64,000 nucleotides of DNA. It comes from Hyaloraphidium curvatum SAG 235-1 (taxonomy: Eukaryota; Fungi; Monoblepharomycota). Made by a program: the position numbers and the translations under genes. Under the pieces are notes generated by a model. The model was not told the origin of the DNA and did not search any database. It saw only the letters and a program-made list of their open reading frames with translations. This document shows, in pieces, positions 1 to 10,822 of this stretch. Location of the stretch: positions 310,001-374,000 of the forward strand of contig JAIVFI010000008.1 in the NCBI GenBank assembly GCA_025558095.1. Reading direction: 5' to 3'. Positions within the stretch are counted from its first letter, which is position 1, and each line of letters starts with the position of its first letter.

Positions 1-191
1 GCGAGAGAACGTCCCGCTTTTGCGTTTCGGGATTGCTGGGGACGTCTTGCGCGTCGCTTGCGTTGCTTGGTCGGGATTCGCCCGCGCTGACCGGTTTCTG
101 AGAGGTCCTAAAACTCATATTTCCGGGAGCCTCGCAAGCCCGCGAGCGCACCGCATCTCCCTCAGAAACACCGCAAATCACCGCACCTCTC

Positions 192-389
192 ATGTCCGCG
201 CAGCTGCCCGTGTCGCAGGACCGCGCCGACGAGAAGGACCACCCGCAGATCCGCTCCTCCGACATGCCGGACTCCTCGAAGGTCCCCCCTCCGTACGGCA
301 CCCGCTCGCACGAAGTGGAATGGTGGCGCTTGGCGTGGGTGCCAGCCGCCGCCGCGGCGTTCGCGGTGGCTTGGGCGGTGCGGAAGTGA
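192..389 (+). CDS. small hypothetical protein with C-terminal hydrophobic (tail-anchor-like) segment
   Basis: 65-aa ATG-started ORF with GC3-rich codons, ending WWRLAWVPAAAAAFAVAWAVRK; no recognised family. Confidence 0.4.
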   Translation: MSAQLPVSQDRADEKDHPQIRSSDMPDSSKVPPPYGTRSHEVEWWRLAWVPAAAAAFAVAWAVRK

Positions 390-696
390 GCGCCACGCCG
401 CTCGGACTTTCCTCGGACTCGTTCTCCGGTGCGGACGGACTCCACTCGGGCCCCTGGAGGCCTCAATGACACTTGCTCCATGCTGGGCAACCGGTCTTTC
501 TCAGTCCTATGTAGTGCAACTTAGCAGATACAAAATAGTCTCGCAACACTCGATCCGCGCAGTGCTCTTCGCCTCTCTCGTCCGTCGTCCGGTGCCCCTC
601 CACGCAGCCGCCACACCTCCCCCCACCCTCGGCCCGGGCCAGCACGGTCCCCACGTCCGCCGCCTCGCACCCCGCCAAGGACACAGTTCCGCGGTC

Positions 697-2265
697 CTAG
701 ACGGCGCACCCGACGGCCCACAACAGGGAAAGCACCACCGGGCCCCACGCAAGCCCCGGACGATCCATCCCCTTTGATCCGCCGGGCCTGCTCGTCGGAG
801 TCGGCGGGACCGCCGTCCCTGTCGCCGTCGCCGTCGCCCACGCGCACGCCGGCGCCGGCGCCGGCATCGCCGCCAACCCACCCACCTCCGCGTCCCCCAC
901 CCCGCACCCCCGCGCCTCGGCCACGTGCTCCAGCCCGTTCGCCTCGTCGATCGCCACCGCGCGGCCGCGGACAAAGGGGATGCCCAGGACGGAGAAGGCG
1001 CCCGGCTGGCCGGGGGTGAGGTAGAATTTCCAGCTCGGGGAGGCGGGGGAGGTGAGCGCCGCTCCTAGAGGCTGAGAAGCGTTGAGCGCCGCCAGGATGG
1101 GGAAGAAGTAGGCTTGCGGCGGGAGCAGGTAGGATGCGCGCTGCGGGGTGCCCGACGTCGAGCCGAGCACGAGCGTCACGTTCGGCCAGGCCGACAGTTC
1201 TGCATAGGTGAGCAGCCGCGGGTTGAAGTTTGACGCGGTGCATGTTGCGGCGGTGCAGCCCGGCAGGGCAGACGCCTGGGCGGCGAGGAGGGAGGTGAGC
1301 GCCGCGTACGCATTGGGACTCAGCTGGATGGTCTCGGTGCCTGTCGAGGGAATACAGTCAGCGCTCGCGCCGACGACGATGCTTCCCCGAGCATTCGCCC
1401 CCGAGCGTTCGCCCACCAGAGTCGATCAGAATCCCCTGCGTCCCCTCGTCGACGGCGGAAACGGGGCCTCCGCCAACCCCGATCCCGACGATGCTGGCCT
1501 CGATCGATCCCGGTTTGGCCACCGACGCGTTGGACGGCGGCGCGGTATTCATCGGCCAGGAAACGTACGCCGTCCTGTTCGCGGCGAGGTCCAGCGCACC
1601 CCACGTCACGGTACCCCCGAACTGCCCCCCGAAGCAGAGTGTAAACACCTGCGGCAGCCCGAGCGCGGCCGACAGCTGCGCAGGAAAGTTCGGGTACGGC
1701 GGCCCCGCCGCGGCCGCCGTGCCGACGGGGTTGAGCAGCGCGCTCCGCACGCCGACGATGCCGTCCACGTCCGAATTGTTGGGCAGGAACGCGGTGCGCT
1801 CGTACATGCCCGCGAACATCGCCGGGATCGAGACGTTGCCCGCCCCGGGCAGCGAGACGCTGTCGTTGAACACGGCGCCCTTCCAGCTGGCGCCGCTGAC
1901 GTAGCCGACCTGCTGCCCGCACTGCGGCGGGAAGCTCCCCGCCGTGCAGAACCCCCCGCAGAACCCCGCCGTGCAGGAAACGGGCGCCGCCGAGGCCGAC
2001 GACCAGAACGCGTCGCAGACGGCCGGGCATCCCGCGCACTGCTGGGCCCAGGGAAGCGCGAGCGGCGACAAGCCCGTGTCGAGGACGAGGCGCTGCGGCT
2101 GGCGCGAGGCGCCGAAGAGCAGCTGGATGTAGGACTTGCCGCCCTCTGCAGCGTGGTGTAGATCGGCTGCGCGGGGGGGAACGGCTGCGCGGAGGCGCCG
2201 GGCGGCGAAGCAATCGCAACGAAAGCGCCGATGACCGCGCCGCTGAGTGCCGCGGACGGTCGCAT
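697..2265 (-). CDS. secreted, probably GPI-anchored pepsin-like (A1) aspartic protease; apparent 1-nt frameshift near 2140
   Basis: Signal peptide MRPSAALSGAVIGAFVAIA; first catalytic motif LVLDTG; second motif ILIDSGT formed by splicing a GT-AG intron at 1341-1416; SVLGIPF motif; Thr/Pro-rich stalk and hydrophobic C-terminal tail. Confidence 0.85.
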
Positions 2266-2467
2266 GGTTGCCAACGACCCCAGGGGAACGATCCCCTGGC
2301 GATCCCCTGTTGGCCGGGTCGGATCCTCAAAATACAACCGCGTCCGGTGTCCATGTCGAGAGGGGCAACACTTATTGTAGTGCAGTTTACTATGCTAGAT
2401 ACAATAGTCTTGCATGCTCGATCCGCGCGGACTGCTTTTTCGTCGACTTCATTCCGGTGCCGCGCTT

Positions 2468-4216
2468 TCAAGCTGCCGGCGCTCCCTCGGCCTTGGCCAG
2501 TTCGGCAACCATATCCGCCGCCTCGTAACCCGCCTCGAGCGCGCCCTCGATGTAGCCTGGCCACCTGGTCGAAGCTTCCGTGCCGGCCCAGAACACCCGC
2601 CCGACCGGCCTCCACATGGCATCGCCGTATGCCGTCCAGACGCCCGGCCCAAAGAAGCTCGTGAACGCCCCGCCGACGAACTGGTTCGCGGGCCAGACCC
2701 CCTCGATCACGTCGACGAGGTGCTCCTTGACCCTCTCGCGGCCAAAGTACGCCGCAAGGTCGTCCTCGATCGCCAGCCGGCGGCGCTGCGGGGACAGCTC
2801 GAGGTGCTTGAGTCCGGCCTTGCCGACGATGAAGCTGGCGAGCACGCCAGGTGCGTTCGGGCGGAGAGTGTTGGTGCTGTCGGCGACGAACTCGAGCGTC
2901 GAGAGGTTGCCCATGGCGGTCCCGGAAAGGCCGTCCTCGAGCCAGAAAGGCTTGTCAAAGACTGCAAGGATCTTGACGATGGTCCCCATGGGTGCGCGCT
3001 GGGTGAGCTGCTCGCGTGCCGGGGGCACGGGCTAAAAGGCGTTGCGGTAAGCTGATGGTCTGGGCGATGCGAGTCGGGGAACCCTCACCGGATCGTAGAT
3101 GATGGTCCCGGCCACGTGCGGCGGCATGGCGACGATGATACCCTGCCTAGCGTGGAAGCGCTCCCCTCCGACAATGGTGAGCGTGACCGCGGCCCCCGGG
3201 GGCGGCGGCAACCCCTGCTTGGCGCTCGGCCTCCCTGGGCGCTTGAGCTCGTGCTGCTCGATCTTGACCACCGGGCTGTCAAGCCTCACCGTCCCGGGGG
3301 GCAGCATCTCCACCAGCTTCTGCGGGAGCTGCCCGCACCCGCCATCCAGGAGGTACGATTCGGGGTTCTCCCGCTGCGGCGCGACGCGCTGGCACCACAG
3401 CGCGTGGAGGAAGCTGGCCTGGTTGGGCTCGTACCCGCCGCTGCCCCCCATCCGGTTCATGCTCTGGATCCACCAGCTGCCCAGCGCGGAATGCACGTTG
3501 CGGCCGAGCCAGGTGGACAGGGTCTTGCTGTCGAACACGTCGGCCATGGGGTGCAGCCAGGGGGCGCGGGGGTCGAGTTCCTTGGCGAGGGCCTCGATCT
3601 CGGTCCAGGCTTCGGCGAGGTCGCGCACGCTGTGGGCGTTGATGGGCTCGCGGTGGGTGAGCGGGATGCCGGCGGCCTCGGGGGCGTCCTTGACGTTGTC
3701 GATGAGGGAGAGGGGCATCACGGTGCCGTCGGGGAGGACGACCTTCTGCTTTTCGAACAGGAAGACGTCCCTGCCAGAGTGCGGCGTGGGGAAGGTGGGG
3801 ATCCCGAGCTCCTTGGTCAGCTCTTTGAGCAGGTGGTGCGTCTCCCCCATCCACTGTCCGCCGAGGTCGAGGTAGACGGGCTCCGACGCCGTGCCGTCGG
3901 CGGAAAGCGCCACCGAGGCGCGCCTCTCCCGCTCCTCTTTCTGTGCCTTCATGTCGTACTCGAGATCGTCGGCCGTGGAGCCGGTCACGACTGCCGCCAG
4001 CTCTGCCGCCGCGGCGTTGACCCTCCGTGACGACGAGACGAGCGCGCGCTGCAGCCGGCCGCCAAGGTGGTCCTGCGCCTCCAAGACGAGCACAGAGAGG
4101 CCCGCATCGCGGACCCGCCGGGCCGCTGCGAGGCCCGAGATGCCTCCTCCGACGACGACGACGTCGACGATGGGCTCCGAGGAAGAGTTGACCGAGGAAG
4201 GCGGATCGGCGGGCAT
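2468..4216 (-). CDS. flavin-containing monoamine oxidase family protein
   Basis: Dinucleotide-binding motif DVVVVGGGISGLAAA...LEAQDHLGGR, DLGGQW, and C-terminal WAGTEASTRWPGYIEGALEAG; one intron at about 3032-3088. Confidence 0.92.
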
Positions 4217-4495
4217 CTCGGTGGAACGGGTTGCCGCGCTATCGGGACCGCACAATAAATAGGCGACTATTTGGAGTCGCGGTGGTCGATAGAGACGGTG
4301 TTGCCCTTCTAGGGACCGGATATCGGCGAGCGGAGGTTGGGACCGGCCTTGCGGTCGGCAAACACTTCTTGCCGCTTCCGAACCTCCGCAATGCCGAACC
4401 TTCAGACGAGGGATCGACCGAAGTGAAACTAGCAATCGCAACAATCATCAATATTCCCGATTGATATCATTGCATTCGTTGGCGCTGCCTCCTTT

Positions 4496-6076
4496 CTAGC
4501 TGCTCTCCATCAGGATGGTGAACTTGAATGCCAGCGGATCGAACGCCGCGTACAGGTCATCCAGCAAGTTTCGGTTGCCCGCCAGGATCGTCAGCAGCCC
4601 CTCCACCCGTTCCTGCAGCACGCCGCCGGGAAGCATCGCGGCCTTGAGCATGTCGAGCTTGGCAAACGTCCGCTCGTGCCGCCGATCGCGCGCCTTCTCC
4701 ATCCGCGCGCGGAGCTTCCGCACGCTCCGTGCCGCGCGCTCGCCGTGCGCAACGGCGGCCCGCGCGGCCGCGGCGTCGATCCCGTTGGCTCTGGCTTCCA
4801 GGCGCGCGAAAGCCGCGGCGATCTGCGCCAGCTCTTCCGACACGTCCACGGGCACATCGCCGAGGCGCTCGGCCAGCCGGCGCTTCAGCGCAGCCGTGTC
4901 CGCAAAAAAGTCCGCGGGCTCGAGCTCCAGTTCCCGTGCAAGCTGCACGGCCGACCGGTCCATGTACATGGCCGAGTTGCGCAGGACGACGATCGGGAAC
5001 GGCACCGAAAACAGGTCAAAGACGCCCTTGAGCTGACCCCAGTAAGCCAGCTCGGAACCGCCCCCCACGTAGGCGACGTTGGGCAGCAGGATCTCCTGGT
5101 ACAAGGGCCGCAGCCCGACGTTGGGCGAAAACCGCTCCGGGTGGGTCCGAGACAGCGTCCGCAGCTCGTCCCGCGAGAAGACCAGGCCGGTGCCTACAAC
5201 CTCGAAGTTGCCGTCGAAGCGCCGCTCCAGGCGGGTGCGCAGGTCGCCGTAGAGGTAGAAGAGGTTCGTCGGACGCGCGTGGATCTGCGGTCTGTAACCC
5301 AGCTTCTCCAGCCTGGCGTCCGCCGCGGTGATCGCTCGGTGTATCGCAGTGCCGTCGATCTCGCTCTCCACCACGGGGCGAAAGAAGGCCTTCAGGGCCG
5401 GCGAGTCGGCGTCGAGGGCAACCACGCCGAAGCGGCCGAAAAGCTCGTGTGCGAGCCGCCTGGTGGCTTGCGCGAGGCTGGACCCGAGCCCATACGTTGC
5501 GGTGATCCCCCGGAAGCGCGCGGGCAGGGAATCCAGGAGCTCGACGAGCGAGTCGTCGATGCGCATGCGGCCCGTTGCACCCCGCTGCTCCGGTTTCCAG
5601 CGGAAGGTCTTGCCCGCGAACGAAAAGTGGTCGATCTCGGCGAGATCATGGTCCTCGGTTGCCATGTAGAAAACCGGAACGAAGCAGCAGTCCGGGTGGG
5701 CTTCGCCGAGTTGGAAGGCGAGCTTCACGGTGCTGATGATTTTGTAGGCCCAAAAGAGAGGACCGGTCATAAGATTGAGCTGGTGGCCCGTGACAAGAGC
5801 GAAGCAGTTGGAGCGCGAAAGTCGCGCGATGTTCTCGGCAACTTCAGGGTGCACATCATCCCCGAGGTCTCCATACTGCCTCTGAAGTTCCGAAACGAGG
5901 ACGGCGCGCTGTTCCGGCGAGTAGGACGCGGCCTTGTCGCGTATTTGGTCCGCAAATGCGGGCAGGTCCGGGAAGCGCCCGTAGAACGGAGCGAGGCGCG
6001 GGCTGCGCGCGATGTAATCGATGCAGAGCGATGAGAAGGCATTCGTCGCGCCGTAATCCACGAGCTGTGTTCGCAT
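4496..6076 (-). CDS. bshC: bacillithiol biosynthesis cysteine-adding enzyme BshC
   Basis: Intronless, about 526 aa; motifs VTGHQLNLMTGPL, MATEDHDLAEI, FSPNVGLRPLYQEILLPNVAYVGGGSELAYW, coiled coil, LQER. The GHQLNLxTGP form resembles Bacteroidetes BshC. Confidence 0.93.
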   Translation of the reverse strand: MRTQLVDYGATNAFSSLCIDYIARSPRLAPFYGRFPDLPAFADQIRDKAASYSPEQRAVLVSELQRQYGDLGDDVHPEVAENIARLSRSNCFALVTGHQLNLMTGPLFWAYKIISTVKLAFQLGEAHPDCCFVPVFYMATEDHDLAEIDHFSFAGKTFRWKPEQRGATGRMRIDDSLVELLDSLPARFRGITATYGLGSSLAQATRRLAHELFGRFGVVALDADSPALKAFFRPVVESEIDGTAIHRAITAADARLEKLGYRPQIHARPTNLFYLYGDLRTRLERRFDGNFEVVGTGLVFSRDELRTLSRTHPERFSPNVGLRPLYQEILLPNVAYVGGGSELAYWGQLKGVFDLFSVPFPIVVLRNSAMYMDRSAVQLARELELEPADFFADTAALKRRLAERLGDVPVDVSEELAQIAAAFARLEARANGIDAAAARAAVAHGERAARSVRKLRARMEKARDRRHERTFAKLDMLKAAMLPGGVLQERVEGLLTILAGNRNLLDDLYAAFDPLAFKFTILMESS

Positions 6077-6223
6077 TCGACGCGTTCCCGGGCGGGTTCG
6101 GACTGGGCCGCGCCGCATGGCAGCAGGCGGCGCCGCCGCGGGGATCCGCGTCCCATCTGTATTCTCAAAGGCGGACCTGGCGTGCCGGAGCCGGCTCGCG
6201 AACGAGGCATTGCTCGGCGTCGG

Positions 6224-7858
6224 ATGGTATGGCCGCGCTGGCGGCGGAGACTCGTCCTCCTCGGCCCGTTCTTGCTCGTTGCGGCCTTGCTGAACCTCCG
6301 CGCTCCTGCGCGCACCTCTGCGCCCTCTCTCCGGATTCCATGGGGCGCGATTGGGCCGACCGAATCATACGCCGCCGTCGACACCGCGCGGAACTGGAGC
6401 TGGTCGGAATCCGACCGACCGATTGCGCTTCGGCGGCCCCGGACACGTGGCGCACTCCACGAGTTCGTCAGATGGACCGGAGACGTCGCGACGCTGCTGC
6501 CCCGAAATCCGGAGGCTTCGCCCTCGCAGCTGGACTTTCCGCTGCTCCCGCAGACGTTCGTCGTGGACCGGACGCGCTTCATTCTGGAGCTCCCGAACGC
6601 GATTCCTGGGTCGGAAGCACCTCGCCCGCGGGGTGTGGCGGTCATCTTCCAGGCCTGCCACAAGTACGCGTGCGCTCTGGACTTTTGGATACTTCCTCCG
6701 CAGCGCGAGCTGGTTGCGTTCCTCCTCACGCTGGGCTTCGCCGTGCTGTCCCCGGATTTCATCCGCTTTTCGAGAACGAATGCCGCGGGTTGCGCTTACA
6801 TGGCGCAGGAAGAGCCCCGTTGGTCGTCGAATCCGGACTACCTTTCTCTCCGAGAGTCGCTGCCGAAGGCTCTCGCTCGCTCCGGCCTTGCCGGACTGCC
6901 TCTTTTCTGGTACGCCATCTCGGGCATCGCTGGAACGGCCGCCTTGCTTTTCCGGGACATCCAATTCGCGGCGGCCGTCATTCATTCTGGAAACCTCCCT
7001 TTCTCTTTGCTCCGCGATCCCAAAGTGAGGCTTCCGCCCGTTCTACACCACATGTTCCTCCGCGACTACTACCTCCCGCGCGCTCTGGCCGAGAACTTTA
7101 CGGGCATCTATGCCGGCCGGGCGGAGCCTACCCGGGTGATTTCGGACGAACGGTGGTTCGGGCTCACCACGGGCGACGAGCTCCACCGTGCATGTCCCGA
7201 GGTGGCTTCGAGGGACGAATGGAAATCTCTGCTCGCGTGGATGTGCTCGAGGGGACGCTGCGCCCGCCACAAGAGCAGGCCGCTTAGCACGGATTCGACG
7301 CTGGCGATGGACGACTACGTCGACCCGCTGCCGAACATGGCGGGACCCGGGCCGATCGCAGGCTCTCGCTTTGACTTTGCTTCGGAAGACCGTCTCGTCG
7401 TGCACCTGCCGATCGAGAAGAAGGAGGGCTGGTTCGACAACCTGGAGGGCTGGTTCGAGCTTTTCGATCGGTCCGCCGTTCGCTACTACCGCAGGCTTGC
7501 GGTGCTCGATCTCCTGGCATTTGCCGCGACGGCGCAGGAAGGGAAAGGCGAGGGCGCCAAGGCGATCTGGGCCAGGGTCCGGGCCGCAACCGCGGCCGAC
7601 GGCGGGCCTTACGTGGAATGCGCTTCCGGCGCCGAGCTCGAATGCCGCGTGCTTCGCGCCGATCTCGATCCCCGCTTCTACGATCGTCTTGTCAACGATA
7701 CTGAGCTGGCGCAGCCGATGATTCGCAAGGCCCGGATTGCCCACAAGGTTGCGATCGGGTTCTGTATCACGTTTGCGCGGTACGTTCATCAAGGGCTGGC
7801 CGGCTACGGGGGCAAGCAGGAGATGGGAGCGTGGTTCGAGCGATGGCTTGACCCGTAG
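6224..7858 (+). CDS. type II membrane / secreted protein with possible alpha/beta-hydrolase-like fold
   Basis: Intronless, about 544 aa; basic N-terminus followed by a TM helix; GVAVIFQAC...DFW.LP...GFAVLSPD and YAISGIAG loosely fit a hydrolase core. Family not securely recognised. Confidence 0.6.
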   Translation: MVWPRWRRRLVLLGPFLLVAALLNLRAPARTSAPSLRIPWGAIGPTESYAAVDTARNWSWSESDRPIALRRPRTRGALHEFVRWTGDVATLLPRNPEASPSQLDFPLLPQTFVVDRTRFILELPNAIPGSEAPRPRGVAVIFQACHKYACALDFWILPPQRELVAFLLTLGFAVLSPDFIRFSRTNAAGCAYMAQEEPRWSSNPDYLSLRESLPKALARSGLAGLPLFWYAISGIAGTAALLFRDIQFAAAVIHSGNLPFSLLRDPKVRLPPVLHHMFLRDYYLPRALAENFTGIYAGRAEPTRVISDERWFGLTTGDELHRACPEVASRDEWKSLLAWMCSRGRCARHKSRPLSTDSTLAMDDYVDPLPNMAGPGPIAGSRFDFASEDRLVVHLPIEKKEGWFDNLEGWFELFDRSAVRYYRRLAVLDLLAFAATAQEGKGEGAKAIWARVRAATAADGGPYVECASGAELECRVLRADLDPRFYDRLVNDTELAQPMIRKARIAHKVAIGFCITFARYVHQGLAGYGGKQEMGAWFERWLDP

Positions 7859-7998
7859 ACGCTTGGACGATGGGACGTTGCTCTGTTAGAGATGAGACGG
7901 CCTGGTACTGTATCTGCAGACACCTCTGAGGGACTGGACTTCGAGGGGAGGTGATTGGTGTGGCTGAGTCCGCCCTTCCCCTGCTTCGGAGGTCGGAA

Positions 7999-8160
7999 AT
8001 GCCCGCCTGTGCGGCTCAAACGGAGCCGAACAGCTCTCGCAGGCCATGCGTCGGCATCATTTGCCACGATTCGCGGGGCGGAAGCTCGAGAATCGCCTGC
8101 CAGCTCGCGGCGTCCCTCTCGCGTCGGGACGCAGTTCGAGTTCATCTGTTTACCCGGTCG
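7999..8160 (+). pseudogene. bshA: N-terminal fragment of BshA (GlcNAc-malate synthase, GT4 glycosyltransferase)
   Basis: VGIICHDSRGGSSRIACQLAASLSRRDAVRVHLFTRS matches the BshA N-terminal pattern IGIxCYPxxGGSGxVATELGxxLAxRGHEVHFIT; similarity stops abruptly after HLFTRS. Confidence 0.75.
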
Positions 8161-10822
8161 GCGGACAGGGGCGGCTCCCCGGTGCGCGCCGCCGGCTGCA
8201 GCGACGCCCGGCGGAACGGCTCGGCGGACCCCATGCGGAGGAGGCGGAGCGGAGGAGGCGGAGGGAGGGGGAATCAGATCTGTAACGCCCGCGGATACGA
8301 AAGCTCTACCCAGATCCCAATTCAACTGTTCATGTAGTCCTCGATTACACTATTCTCTTTCCGTATCTTCACGCCTCGTCCTTAAAATCGACCTAGAGGA
8401 CCGCGTCGCGCGATATACATGGCTTCTGCCGTCGGTCTGCGTCCCCATCCTTTGGTCTATATGAATAGCCCGCCAGACAGGGCGTCGATCTGCTCCTGCT
8501 CGTGGAACTGTGCTTTTCCGTCCCTATGTCGGCCTCCTGGCCTGATCTTGATGTGATCGGGTCTTTGACGATTCCGAGGCACTCTGATGGCAGACGTCGG
8601 TTGCTCCCAAACAACCCGCTGAAGCACAAACCACCCTCACGGGACAGCGACTCTTTGCTCGTCTGCAGCGCCAAGAAACTCAAGGCGCACTTTCCGAGCC
8701 CCTGCTGGACGACCTTTCGGCTATCGATCTCTTGTCACGCTCGCTCACAACTTTGCCTACCGCCTCCCCTCCCCGACCATTGTTTGTTCACCAACTCTGC
8801 TCGCGGGAACCCTGCTCTTCGACTTTCTTCGGCTAGGTGAGTTTTGATCGACGTCGGCAAGGGACGGAAAGTGCGCCAAGGGTATCGAGGCGCTCATACG
8901 GGTTCATGGTTACCCCGGAACTGGTCACCGTGAGTGGTGACCCGCTAAGGACTTCCCGTAGAAGTCCTAGGGAGTGATTGCCGGTAGAAAGCGTCGAGGA
9001 GCTCGGCGTATGATCACTCTACGACCACAAGGTAGTCCCATCGCGCTTGCCCCTCGCCAAACCGCCCGCAAACAGCCAAACCTCCGAACCCCTCACACGC
9101 GCTGCAGAGCACGGCGCGCCACGCTGTGCATCGGTTTTCATTCAGCTGGTGCATTTCTCGGCGCCTCCGCGGGTGATGGCGCCGGGATTCGGTCGCGAGG
9201 CGGTGCCGGAGACCGTTGGGCCCTCCCGCGGTCAGGTGCGATCGTCGGCGGCCGCAGGCCTTGCCGGCGGTGCTTGACCAAGCGACGCGGCTGCGCACAC
9301 CGCGGCGGCATCGCGCAGGCTCGTGGTGCCCGTCGATTGGTTTCTGGCGCGACGGTGGTCGACCCCGGGCAGATGCCAAGTCGGGCGCTGGCCGTCGGCG
9401 CGGCTCTCCCGTCGTTTTTTGCTCGGAGATTTCTTTTTTAGAGCCGCTCAGGAAGAATGTCGGCGTGGATTTGTCTTGGGCGCCTTCTTCCTGTGCCGCC
9501 GGATGGGGTGTGCGCCCAATGCCATTTGTCGCTGCCTGCGGAGCTTTGAGCGCCGCCGGTTCGACCCCCTGCCTGTGCGGCCTCGTCGCCGCCGGCGGGG
9601 GCTGGATGGCCGCGCTTGCGTTGCTGTTCTTGGCTGCGACGAGGTACCCTGTCGAGGGGACTCCGAGCCACCCTCTCTGGCGGCGGCGAGACGCTGGGGC
9701 CCGTGTTGCACTGCTTCTGCGGGACGTTTCTTTCCTTTTGGTACAAGTCGGCGTCTCCCGGGCACGATTCTGACGCGGCGCTGCGGAGCGCGGCTCCCGC
9801 GACGGCACGCCGAGGACCTCGATCGCATCCGGCAGAGCGCCCTCTACTCCCCTTCCGGTTGGCGTATATCTGCAGCAGAGTGCCCGTGAACCGCAAATGT
9901 GAGTGTCCGCGCCGCGATGCTCTCCGTGGCGTCGGCTGACTCGCTCGTCGTCGCTAGGAACCGCATCCGCCCCTTTCGCGATTCCTCTGCGTTGCGGCCC
10001 GCTGCTCATTCCTGGACCCATTTGGATACCCGGACCGTCGTCAAACCCGCGCCACCGCTGATCGGGCACACTGCCATTTCTTCCGTCCGTGCGCGAACGG
10101 GCAAACCCCGGCTAGGGGCAGCTCAGCGGCCGCGACGGCGGTGTCATCCGGTCCCCGTCTACTCGCTTCCTCTCTCGCTATTGCTCGCCATTGTAGCGAT
10201 GGAGTAGTTGGCTGGCTTGCTTCTCGGACACGGTAGCTGGACGGGTGACGTGGCGGGCGTCGCTCTCGCGCATGTGGCGGATCTTCTTCGTTTCGAATTC
10301 TAGGACGTTTTCTTTGTTTTGAGGGAGGATCTTTTGCCTCGGAAGCGGCTTGCATGTAGCTCGGACGCGCCTGTGGCGACCTGATGCTCGTGGGACCAGG
10401 ACGCCTCTTGCAAACAAGGTCAACAAAGGACTCCCCCCGTGTCGTCTTTCACGCACCAGACCTCCGGCGCCAGCAGTCGCGTAAGTTTCCGAGCTTTTTT
10501 GTCTTGATCTGCGACTGGCGCGGCCGGGCAGCGCCGCGGAGGGGGGGGGTTTGGCCTGGGGCGACCTCCATCTCGGGCACTTCATGCCCGGCCATCCGCG
10601 CCTGCCGCCGGCGGAGACCCGGTCTGGCCCGGTTCTGCGACCTTTGGGTCGCAAGCTGCGGTTTGCGGGGGCTCCCTCGGCCGCGGCGGTCCGTGCAGCC
10701 GGCGCTCGGGCCCGGCCGGCAGAACCTTTCGCCGGACTTTGCTCACGGCCGTTCCCGCGCCAGATCTCTGCGACCTCGTGCTCTTCACCGTGTTCTGATC
10801 TCATCTTTTCCGGATTCTGACC

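Noticed and set aside
4496-6076. bsh genes as simple bacterial contamination
   Set aside because: They are interleaved with spliced eukaryotic genes, one is split by an intron-rich element, and another has a locally decayed duplicate. Read-level confirmation is still advisable.
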